Source: an uncultured Bdellovibrionales bacterium
GTDB lineage: Bacteria > Bdellovibrionota_C > UBA2361 > SZUA-149 > CAZDWZ01
Direction: 5' to 3'
DNA length: 64,000 bases
NCBI GenBank assembly: GCA_964405665.1
Contig: CAYOOT010000003.1
Location: 6,060-70,059, forward strand
Positions 48,910 to 57,683 of this stretch are shown here, piece after piece. The stretch's first letter is position 1. Every line of letters begins with the position of its first letter. The notes below the pieces were generated by a model. The model searched no databases. It saw nothing but the letters and a program-made list of their open reading frames with translations, and was not told where the DNA came from. The translations under genes were made by a program, and so were the position numbers.

Positions 48910-50526
48910 ATGATTAGTAATAAAGTCAAAGAAAAACTAAACACTTTCCTTTCCAGTCTCGAGCCACTATTGAGTCTCAGTCCTTTTTATACTTTAGATT
49001 ACTCCTGGCCCAGCTTCGCTTTTTTTGACAGCTTAACACGACCACTTCGCGGCAAAAAGAATTTAGATCAATTCTCTACTGATGTAATTTCAGCAACTGC
49101 CGCTTACTTGGCAATAATAGCCCATGATTGCTGGCAATTATATGAGTCTGAAGTAATTGTTGATCTACAAGAAGAAGGAGTGATTATTGGTGCCCGAAAA
49201 GGAAAGTTTATTCCTGAAAGTGAAGAAGTAGTTTTGTATATTGAAAGAGATTTAAAAAAGATTCTTGCTGAATTTCCTTATCCTTTTCCTGTTTTTTCTG
49301 ATTTCAAGAGAGAGATTGCACCATACATGAATATCTTAAGTCCTTTTGCGATTGGCGTTGTCACTGGTTTAAGTCCCTATATCGAAGGACCATGGTCAAA
49401 ATTAAAACCTGTGGAATTTAAAGATAACATTGAACTAACCGTAAAACATTTGGCAGAAGGTTGTGCCAATTATTATGCAAAAATTTTCCCCAATGAGCCC
49501 TTAGGACAGGTTGCCGAATTATATTTAAATTCACTAATTTTTCCGCCAATTTTATATTCCGAAGATGCTCCTGGAAGAAGAGCAGTTAGTGGAATTTTAG
49601 AATTTGCCAAAGAATATAAGGTCACTAAAGAAAATCTTCTGGCACTCTCACTTAATTTAAGCAGGTTTCCCGATGAAGTATTATCCCTTGCCGGCATTGC
49701 CATCTCTTCGGCTTTAACGGAAAAAGAAAATCCACATCTTGTTGCCGCAGCAGATATTAAAGGCCTTTTCCTGGGAACTCTACGTATCGCTATGTATGAT
49801 GTAGTTGAGCATTTCAAATTAGCAGAAGATTGGTTAAAACTTGAAGATTACAGCGATCAAAACAAAAAACAAATCGATAAAGAAATTAATTTAGGCTATT
49901 TCCCTTGGTTAAAATTAAGTAATGAAAAAGTATACACTGCCGCTAACGATGAAGAAGTTAAAAAATTAATTAAAGCGCTTGCTGTTTTTGATTTAAAAAA
50001 AGCTATTACTATTACTGATGATATTATTGCAATTGATCCCAGCGATATTGAAATTAGAGTTCAAAGAGCATATTGTGATATTATAAAAAGAGACATTCAG
50101 TCGGCCAGCAGTAATATTAAAAAACTGCTTAGCGAACCGGAAGCAGATTCGGTAGCTTCAGTTTTTAATTTATATGGAATGATTCTGCTGATCACCCAAG
50201 AATTTGAAAAAGCAATAAATTTATTCAAACAAGCGCAAAATTTAGCTGCGGGAGATCCTCGTCTTTCCAATGAAATTTCCAATAATCTGGGTTGGACTCA
50301 GATGTGTAATATGCAACATCAAGAGGCTCTTGATACTTTAGAACTAGCACTGCAAAGAAATCCCAAAAGCTTAGTTACGATGTTAAACAAAATGGCTTGT
50401 TTGATTGAGCTGAATAAGTTTAACGTTGCTGCGCGCTACATTAAGGAACTTGTGGACTTAGCTCCTTTTGAAAATAGGGCAATTTCAGCGGCGCTGGAAA
50501 TTTTAATTTTTCGCCAGAGTACATAG
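48910..50526 (+). CDS. Protein with an unknown N-terminal domain and C-terminal TPR repeats
   Basis: TPR-like units (NLYGMILL...FEKAI..F.QA, NNLGW......EAL..LELAL..NP). Confidence 0.72.
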   Translation: MISNKVKEKLNTFLSSLEPLLSLSPFYTLDYSWPSFAFFDSLTRPLRGKKNLDQFSTDVISATAAYLAIIAHDCWQLYESEVIVDLQEEGVIIGARKGKFIPESEEVVLYIERDLKKILAEFPYPFPVFSDFKREIAPYMNILSPFAIGVVTGLSPYIEGPWSKLKPVEFKDNIELTVKHLAEGCANYYAKIFPNEPLGQVAELYLNSLIFPPILYSEDAPGRRAVSGILEFAKEYKVTKENLLALSLNLSRFPDEVLSLAGIAISSALTEKENPHLVAAADIKGLFLGTLRIAMYDVVEHFKLAEDWLKLEDYSDQNKKQIDKEINLGYFPWLKLSNEKVYTAANDEEVKKLIKALAVFDLKKAITITDDIIAIDPSDIEIRVQRAYCDIIKRDIQSASSNIKKLLSEPEADSVASVFNLYGMILLITQEFEKAINLFKQAQNLAAGDPRLSNEISNNLGWTQMCNMQHQEALDTLELALQRNPKSLVTMLNKMACLIELNKFNVAARYIKELVDLAPFENRAISAALEILIFRQST

Positions 50527-50564
50527 ATTTTCAGGGAGCTGGCCATTTAGCTTATTTCGATTTT

Positions 50565-50645
50565 CCGGGCACCCATAAAGGGTGTTGCTACAGATACCTA
50601 AAATATGCAAAATCCTAAAGTAGGGGCACCCTTTATGGGTGCCCG
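50565..50645. repeat. Two GTAG-family REP units arranged with their GTAG ends facing inward
   Basis: CCGGGCACCCATAAAGGGTGTTGCTACA (50565-50592) and GTAGGGGCACCCTTTATGGGTGCCCG (50620-50645). Confidence 0.82.
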
Positions 50646-50941
50646 TTTAACCGGATAAACTCTTTCTCCAAAAAACATAAAGTTACTTAGCATCAGCTAA
50701 AACACTAATTTTTTTCGTAAATCATCCTTTTTTAAATAAAAAATCTAATATTTTTTATAGCTTAACCCTTCTAGCGCACATTTAAATGCTAAATTTTTCA
50801 CCTAATTACCTGAAATTATAAGATATTTTTATGAAACACTAGCTCACAAAAGCTTCATAACAGTAGTAAGAGAGTTTTTTGTTAATGGAGCAATATTCTA
50901 AAAAGATCAGATAGGTTAACGGGGAGATTTTAGATCGAGAC

Positions 50942-52201
50942 ATGAAAATAACAAATAAATTTAAATACTTTTGTCTGCTTAATTTGATTTTGGGAATTTA
51001 TTTTCTGACGTCATCAATTTGTTTTGCTGAAGAAAAAAAGCAAGTAATCAAGAAACCCAAAACAGGATTAGAATTTTTTGAAAAAGGTTTATTCAATTAT
51101 AAAAATTCCAACCTAAATTCCAAAGTGGCATTCTTCGAAGGTGATTTTAAAAATAAAGAAGTAATCGATGTTACTAACGAGGACAAAAAAGATTCGGCAC
51201 TAGATACTTCTTCTAAAGATGAAAAGCCTGTTGTTAATTCTGAAGATCCTGAAATAAACAAAAATATCGTTGAAAATGTTAAAGAAAACTTAAGCAGCAA
51301 ATATGCAGTTGTTTATGATAGCGATAGTCCCGATAAAAAAGTCATCTCTCCCGATGAAGATCCTAAAATTGCAATCAATAAAGATGCTTCCGGACCAGCA
51401 ATTGGAATGGTTGCTGCTTGGCAAGATGGAGATCGGGAAACTGCTACAAAATATGCCTCGCAATGGGTTCGATACCAACAAAACTTTTTCTTTCTTGTAA
51501 GAGACATTACACAATTAGTGGGAGAAGCTTTAATCAAACAAGGCGAAATCGATCAAGATCAATGGGTGGGAGTTAATCAATACATCGATTATGAATTTGC
51601 CAAAACAAGAAACGAAACCGGAGCTTTATTTAAGCCTAAACATGAACAGGCAATGAAAAGAATTAAAGCGGATTCCAAAGGTGAAGCGGAAATTTACTTT
51701 TTCTTTACTCTCAATTGTTCTTGGTGTCGAAAAATGGCACCAGATGTTGAAAGACTCTGGAGAGCTGTACAATCTGATAACAAAGTTAAAATGGTTGCCC
51801 TAACAATGGGTGCTACACCAAAATCTTGGATTACTGAATATCGAAAATATACCGGCTTAACAATTCCAATTTTAGAAGGCGAAAATGTTGCCAAAAAAAT
51901 GGGAGTAAAATTTGTTCCGGCTGTGGTGATTGTTGCACCAACAGATAACAAGGCTTACTTAAAAACAGGCGAACAAGATTTCAACAGACTTTACGAATTT
52001 ACAAGAAGGGTGCAAGGACTACCTAACACTTTAAGCCCGGAAATAGAGCAAATAATTAACACACCAATTGGCGAAAAAGAACAGCTCGAATTAATCCAAG
52101 CAAAAAAAGAGATTCCTAATAAGAAGGTAGATAATGTTGTATCTACAGTAAGTGGCTTAAATAACAATAACGAAAGTCAATTGAGATTAAATAAGTTTTA
52201 A
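50942..52201 (+). CDS. TraF/TrbB-like exported thioredoxin-fold protein
   Basis: Signal peptide, charged linker, helical region, then IYFFFTLNCSWCRKMAPDVERL and A.KMGV..VPA (CxxC plus cis-Pro); heads the TraG-like cluster. Confidence 0.7.
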   Translation: MKITNKFKYFCLLNLILGIYFLTSSICFAEEKKQVIKKPKTGLEFFEKGLFNYKNSNLNSKVAFFEGDFKNKEVIDVTNEDKKDSALDTSSKDEKPVVNSEDPEINKNIVENVKENLSSKYAVVYDSDSPDKKVISPDEDPKIAINKDASGPAIGMVAAWQDGDRETATKYASQWVRYQQNFFFLVRDITQLVGEALIKQGEIDQDQWVGVNQYIDYEFAKTRNETGALFKPKHEQAMKRIKADSKGEAEIYFFFTLNCSWCRKMAPDVERLWRAVQSDNKVKMVALTMGATPKSWITEYRKYTGLTIPILEGENVAKKMGVKFVPAVVIVAPTDNKAYLKTGEQDFNRLYEFTRRVQGLPNTLSPEIEQIINTPIGEKEQLELIQAKKEIPNKKVDNVVSTVSGLNNNNESQLRLNKF

Positions 52202-52220
52202 GTTTGGTTATGAGGTAAAT

Positions 52221-54614
52221 ATGAAAGACTCAACTAATAGATTTAATTTTTTAATAAGTATATTTTTAATAACAAGTTTTTTTGTTATTAATACAGCCCT
52301 TGCCGATTATGTCTTGGTCGGAACTAATATCGTAGATTCGCAAAATAATGTGGTTGGTACTTTGAGTTCAGTTGTTAACCCCAATACGGGTACAACAGAA
52401 AGTGTTGCTGTCGATAGAAATGGTAATCCTTTAGCTAATCAAAAGATAATTTCATCCGAAACCGGGGCAATTTATAATGTAACTTCCGATGGAAAATTAA
52501 TTCAAGAAGGAGAGGATGAGAATAAAGACGAAAATGGCAATCCAATTCTTCCGTTCCAATTAGGAGCTGGAGGTACTGGGGGAAGCGCAAGTAGTGGAAC
52601 TGGGACTGGAACCGGGAGCAGTGGAACCGGAACTGGGACTAGTGGAAGTGGAACGGGTAGTTCGGCAGCTAATAGTTCAGGTGCAACTCCACCTGAACCT
52701 AATTTGGCATCTGATGTAACTTCAGTTAGTGAAACTGTTTCTCCTGGCTCACCAATATTCGATATTGCGGGTGAAATGGAAGTTACTGGAAGTAATGCTA
52801 GTTCTGCTACATCTAGATCGAGCGCTAGAACCTTAGGCGATAAAGTAAAAAGAGTGGGTGATACATCAACAAGAGAAAATAGCATGTTGGATTCTTTTGA
52901 TGGTTGGTCAACACTCTATCGTGGCACAAGAAACACTTCTCTTATGGTAGATCCTTACAAATTAAGCGAGCAATATCCTGAATTGTTTTACTCTGAAAGA
53001 GAAGATTCAAATAGGCCATCATTAGGCAAGGAATATACCTTACCAAAAAATAATACTGACAATATGGATTCAGGAAATGCTGATGCAACAGATATCGGTG
53101 TTGATGATGAAATTCTCAAAACATCAATGTCTATTTATCAACCAATAAGAAGAATGCAAAAAGATTTTTTAGAAGACCAAGCAGCCAGAAATGCTTATTT
53201 AGATAACGCTCTTACTGTAAGAGGAATTGCCATTATGACAATGGGCTTTTTAGATAAAACCGTTGGAGCAGGTTTAACATCAATTCAGCAACAAGCTGAC
53301 CAGGAAACAGTTCAAAACTTATTGAAGCAAATATCTTGGACAACATCTAAAATGGCCAATCCCGATCGAGCGCAAATCTATCGTGATACTGACGAAAAAT
53401 TAGAAGCTTGTTTGGAAGTAGCTTTTCAATCTCAAGCTCCAACAGCTAGCATTCAAGGACTTTCTAGAAAAATCGTATCATTTGATTGTGATGAAAAAAA
53501 ATGTGGCACAGCGCCAGTTGCCACTAAACCTTATCGAACAACAACTTCCGGAGAAACAGCTTATAAGCAACAAGGAAATGGCACTTATGCCTATTGTGTA
53601 TGCTGTGCAGAAACAAAAGATGAATTAAATAAAATTAACGAAAATAATCCCGATACTGGTGTCCGATATAGCCTGGCATCGAGACTTTTTTACGGAACAA
53701 AAAAACCTACTGCTAGCACCCTGAAAATGACAAGAATGCTAAATTGGTTTAGAAAAACTTATGGCGATGTTATTGTGCAAAATAAAACTGCAGGTGGCCC
53801 TGATAAAATATTTACTTACGCTTATGTACCTCCTGAATATAGCGTCAGAAGACTTGCTGCCGCATTTAATGATGGCTGTAAAGAACCTAACTCTGCTGCA
53901 GAAGTTGTCTTTAATGACACTCCGGGCACAAACTGCCCAATGATACTTCGTGATTTCAAAATTAAATATGGAATTTGTCCCGCATTGGTAAATGTTCTTC
54001 ATAATTGGAGGGCTATTAATAACCGAGCAACCCGAACTACTGAACATGTCAGAATGCTACTGGAAGCCTCTATGGGATTGATGTTAACTGCCAATGATGT
54101 TGAAAATCTTTTAGGCTTTAATGGCGGTGAACCGGATGGCTTGCCAGCGGGAAAAGAACCAACTGATGGCATGAGACGTTGGATTAGAAATTTTTGTAAT
54201 GCATCATCATTTACCGCAGTAACAAGATTTCATACAAAGCAATCTCAAATTATTAACGATCATTTGATTTTAAATCAACAACTGACTTCTATAGAAAAGG
54301 GGAAGATTTTGGAATTAATGTCAAGGGTTAGCCAGCATATTGCTCTAGCAGAGAAAGATTCTTCATCTAGTTATCCTGTTGAAGCTTTATTAGAAGGATT
54401 GCTAGTAAAAACTGGACGAGAAAATATTGGTAAACAAGCAGCAATCTCCGGAGCATCCGGCGCAATGAAAGCAAGAGTTGGTGAAATTGGCAGTATTCTT
54501 ACTTGGGGAGTGGGGGTTGGAGATTACTTTGCTGGTGCAAGCGGTGGTAGCGGTACAGTAGTCGGACGAGAAGCAGATCCAATTACAAGAACGCTTGATG
54601 AAATTAAACCATAG
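52221..54614 (+). CDS. Large exported Cys-rich protein, possibly a very divergent TraH-like pilus assembly protein
   Basis: Signal peptide, Gly/Ser/Thr linker, about ten Cys residues and helical/coiled segments. It occupies the traH slot between TraF-like and TraG-like genes; the family call rests mainly on synteny. Confidence 0.45.
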   Translation: MKDSTNRFNFLISIFLITSFFVINTALADYVLVGTNIVDSQNNVVGTLSSVVNPNTGTTESVAVDRNGNPLANQKIISSETGAIYNVTSDGKLIQEGEDENKDENGNPILPFQLGAGGTGGSASSGTGTGTGSSGTGTGTSGSGTGSSAANSSGATPPEPNLASDVTSVSETVSPGSPIFDIAGEMEVTGSNASSATSRSSARTLGDKVKRVGDTSTRENSMLDSFDGWSTLYRGTRNTSLMVDPYKLSEQYPELFYSEREDSNRPSLGKEYTLPKNNTDNMDSGNADATDIGVDDEILKTSMSIYQPIRRMQKDFLEDQAARNAYLDNALTVRGIAIMTMGFLDKTVGAGLTSIQQQADQETVQNLLKQISWTTSKMANPDRAQIYRDTDEKLEACLEVAFQSQAPTASIQGLSRKIVSFDCDEKKCGTAPVATKPYRTTTSGETAYKQQGNGTYAYCVCCAETKDELNKINENNPDTGVRYSLASRLFYGTKKPTASTLKMTRMLNWFRKTYGDVIVQNKTAGGPDKIFTYAYVPPEYSVRRLAAAFNDGCKEPNSAAEVVFNDTPGTNCPMILRDFKIKYGICPALVNVLHNWRAINNRATRTTEHVRMLLEASMGLMLTANDVENLLGFNGGEPDGLPAGKEPTDGMRRWIRNFCNASSFTAVTRFHTKQSQIINDHLILNQQLTSIEKGKILELMSRVSQHIALAEKDSSSSYPVEALLEGLLVKTGRENIGKQAAISGASGAMKARVGEIGSILTWGVGVGDYFAGASGGSGTVVGREADPITRTLDEIKP

Positions 54615-54623
54615 TAATTTATT

Positions 54624-57600
54624 ATGCCCGATTCAACCACATTATCAGCTGCGACATTTGTCTGTGCGGTGCTGGAACAGGCCGGGTACATGGCGCAAGC
54701 GCAAATGCTGCAGGATTTCAAAGCTTTTTTTAGAGAAGCAGGGGCATTTATTTACTTGGTCTCTATTGCTTCAGGCATAATTTCATTTGTAATCTTCGGA
54801 AGTTTTAGGGCAGCAAGATATTTGATACTCGGTCCTGCTTTTTTTTGGTTTTTAATTGGGCCGACCTCAGAATTTGACGGAGTGCTCTGGAAACTTGGTG
54901 ACGCACCAGCAAGAGCAATTGATCCGAGGCAGCGTGGAGACGCAGTTTCCAAGGCAAGTGTTAATAAAGTACTTAATGAAATTGGTTATGGCAGTAGTAC
55001 CACAGGAACTCCTCCTGCTGGAGGCGGTGGAACATCCACAGTTGAAAATATCAAAGTGGCCTATTTTTTTTCTTTCTTTGTCCGAGTGGTCAATAGTTTA
55101 GTTAGGGAACTTTCTCAAGAAATAATTGGGGATGAATCCAAGCATTTGAATTATATCAGTAAAGGGAGAGCGCTTGATTATCTAATTAATCATAATCCTA
55201 CTGACCCCTATTTAATTGAAACATTTGAAAATAACTTAATGGTTAAATGTAGCGGTTACTTTGGAGCGGCGATGGCTCTTTCCGCTTACGATATTTCTTC
55301 AGAATCGTTTATTATCGCCAGTTCAACTGCTGAAGCCGCTCAATTAAAAAGACAAAAATATTTAGAACTTTTCCGGGCTTATCAAGGACCGGGAGCAGGA
55401 CAAGAAAAAATAACTTTAAATAATAAACTGACCAGAACTTTAAAAATGCTTTATTATTTAAAAAAAGATGCTGCAGACGGAGGTGTTACCCAAGCAGAGA
55501 TTGATACGATCAATGCTTCTTTTGAAGGAGATCCTGACAAATCAAGCAAAGTTAACCAAGCCTTAGATGCAAAAATGCCCGGAAAGACAATTAGTTGTCA
55601 AGAAGCCTGGCAATTAATCGCTAAATTTCTGGCAGAAGATTATGCGCCTGCTAGAACAAAATATATAATTAACATTGCCAGTGGTGCGGGAAGAGATGCA
55701 GGTGAAGCTTGTCTTGATTTAGAAGAGAAACTTACCGGAGGCAGATCTAGTGATAAAGCCGGTTGTGAAACAAGATTAAATAGAATTGTTTCATTATTTA
55801 TCCTGAAAAATGGAGTGACCAGGGGGCTTCCCTTTGCCAGAGCCGCTCAATACGCAGCTAATCAAGAAGTTGAATTCGGTAAATACAAACAACCGGTTTA
55901 CATGCAGGTTGCAAGTACTGCCGGGCTGGCTCTAGCCAATACTGTTCCTGGAGGAGGAGCACTTGTCGGCTTTCAGCAATCTTTAAGTCCTTATGGAAAA
56001 GGAATTTATAATGCTGCTTCCAACGCCTTTGGAATAGCGGATAATGATAATCAAATGAGTAAATTTATTGCTTCCTCAATCAGCCAAGATGTTGATAAAA
56101 AAAAATGGACTTTGTCAGCCAGATTAGTAAACGTCGGGGGTACTACTGATGCAGCATTTGTTGAACTTCCCCAATACCAAATAAGAAACTTAAGACAAAC
56201 ACTGTTTTCTTGGGCACTAAATGTTCCTTACTGGCAGGGTGTTTTACTTTATTTAATTTCCATTGTTTATCCCTTTGCCGCTTTATTGGTTTTAATGCCC
56301 TCCAAGGCTGCATCTTTTTTGACAGTGCCGATGGCTTGGCTGTGGGTGAAAAGTTGGGATCTAGGATTTGCCTGTGCCATGGTTTTTGAAAAAGTACTTT
56401 GGAATATTTTTCCGGCAACAAAAATTAATGAAAAATTTATTAATACTAACTTAGAAAGTAATTTACTTTACGAAGCACTGTCTGAAGTACAAAAATACGA
56501 TCATACCTGGAATCTGCATATGTATTACATGATGCTTTCTTTAGTAACTCTTTCAGTTCCAACAATCATGGGTTACCTGACTTTGAAATCTAAAAGAGCG
56601 ATTCTTGCCAGTTTTACAGACAAACTAATGAGTGATTCCAAACAATCAGGTGAAATGCTGGCTTCCGGTTACAAACTTAATCTTGCTTCGGAAAGATTAA
56701 AAGTAATGAGAGACGCCAAAGGTGCCGCAGCAATGATGACCGGCAAAAGAGAAGAAGGCGGAGTAATGGGAGGTGGTGGATTGGTGGCCAAAGCCTTTGG
56801 CGGAAACAGAAGTCAACAAGTCGGCTTTTTTAATAAAATGCAGCTTTTAAAAGATCTAACTGGAATAACTGGAATCAGCCCGGATAATGCGATTAATCTT
56901 GCTGCAGGTCAGGTTGATTCTCTTCGAATAGGTTTAGGACAACAAGTAAACTACGATAGACAACAAAATATGATCGATCACCCACAACTAGGACGTTGGG
57001 GTTTAATTCAAACCTTAAATGATGCTTATGCCACCCAATTTGACCAATCTGGCGGTTTCGAAATAACAGATACGGAAATGAATCAGGCTGATGTTTTTAT
57101 TTCAACCTTTCAGAATAAAGTTGATCGAACATTCGATTATGGAGTAGGAATAGCCAGTAATCTTATTCAAAAAGGCACAAATCTCCCCGGTTCAGCTGGG
57201 ACTAAAGCAATTTTAAAAACTTTTGCTAGTTTTGAAGCATTGAAAATTGCGGCCGCCAGTAAAAAGGCTAGTGCCAAAGGCGAAAAAACTGAAATTGATA
57301 TTGCTCTGGATCACATTAGAAAACAGCCTGGTTTTGAAAACTTAACCCAAGATGAACTGCTCCGCGAAATGTCTCTCGCCTTTGATGCTCCAATTGACTT
57401 AAATAAAATTAATGAAAGCATTACTGGCATTTTCGATTACAGGAAAACAGTCGACCCAGAAAGAAGAAAAGAGTTGGAAGCGATGTATAATACTCCATCA
57501 ATTGGAAGTCCGGCCGCAAGAAAAATTGATGAAAATATAAACTATAATATTTTAGAAGCTTTATTGCCCTTAGATAAACCTTGGGATGAGACAATTAGTT

Positions 57601-57683
57601 CTTCCATTATTCGAGAAAGCATTAGCATTAAAAAACCAGTTAAAGGTAGCACCAATATTTTTAAAGAATTTGAGGATAAATGA
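54624..57683 (+). CDS. TraG_N/VirB6-like polytopic membrane protein, paralog 1
   Basis: N-terminal TM pair, Cys-bearing loop (SCQEAW), TM cluster PYWQGVLLYL...YPF.ALL..P...WLWVKSWD.G, long Gly/Ala-rich tail. Confidence 0.7.
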   Translation: MPDSTTLSAATFVCAVLEQAGYMAQAQMLQDFKAFFREAGAFIYLVSIASGIISFVIFGSFRAARYLILGPAFFWFLIGPTSEFDGVLWKLGDAPARAIDPRQRGDAVSKASVNKVLNEIGYGSSTTGTPPAGGGGTSTVENIKVAYFFSFFVRVVNSLVRELSQEIIGDESKHLNYISKGRALDYLINHNPTDPYLIETFENNLMVKCSGYFGAAMALSAYDISSESFIIASSTAEAAQLKRQKYLELFRAYQGPGAGQEKITLNNKLTRTLKMLYYLKKDAADGGVTQAEIDTINASFEGDPDKSSKVNQALDAKMPGKTISCQEAWQLIAKFLAEDYAPARTKYIINIASGAGRDAGEACLDLEEKLTGGRSSDKAGCETRLNRIVSLFILKNGVTRGLPFARAAQYAANQEVEFGKYKQPVYMQVASTAGLALANTVPGGGALVGFQQSLSPYGKGIYNAASNAFGIADNDNQMSKFIASSISQDVDKKKWTLSARLVNVGGTTDAAFVELPQYQIRNLRQTLFSWALNVPYWQGVLLYLISIVYPFAALLVLMPSKAASFLTVPMAWLWVKSWDLGFACAMVFEKVLWNIFPATKINEKFINTNLESNLLYEALSEVQKYDHTWNLHMYYMMLSLVTLSVPTIMGYLTLKSKRAILASFTDKLMSDSKQSGEMLASGYKLNLASERLKVMRDAKGAAAMMTGKREEGGVMGGGGLVAKAFGGNRSQQVGFFNKMQLLKDLTGITGISPDNAINLAAGQVDSLRIGLGQQVNYDRQQNMIDHPQLGRWGLIQTLNDAYATQFDQSGGFEITDTEMNQADVFISTFQNKVDRTFDYGVGIASNLIQKGTNLPGSAGTKAILKTFASFEALKIAAASKKASAKGEKTEIDIALDHIRKQPGFENLTQDELLREMSLAFDAPIDLNKINESITGIFDYRKTVDPERRKELEAMYNTPSIGSPAARKIDENINYNILEALLPLDKPWDETISSSIIRESISIKKPVKGSTNIFKEFEDK

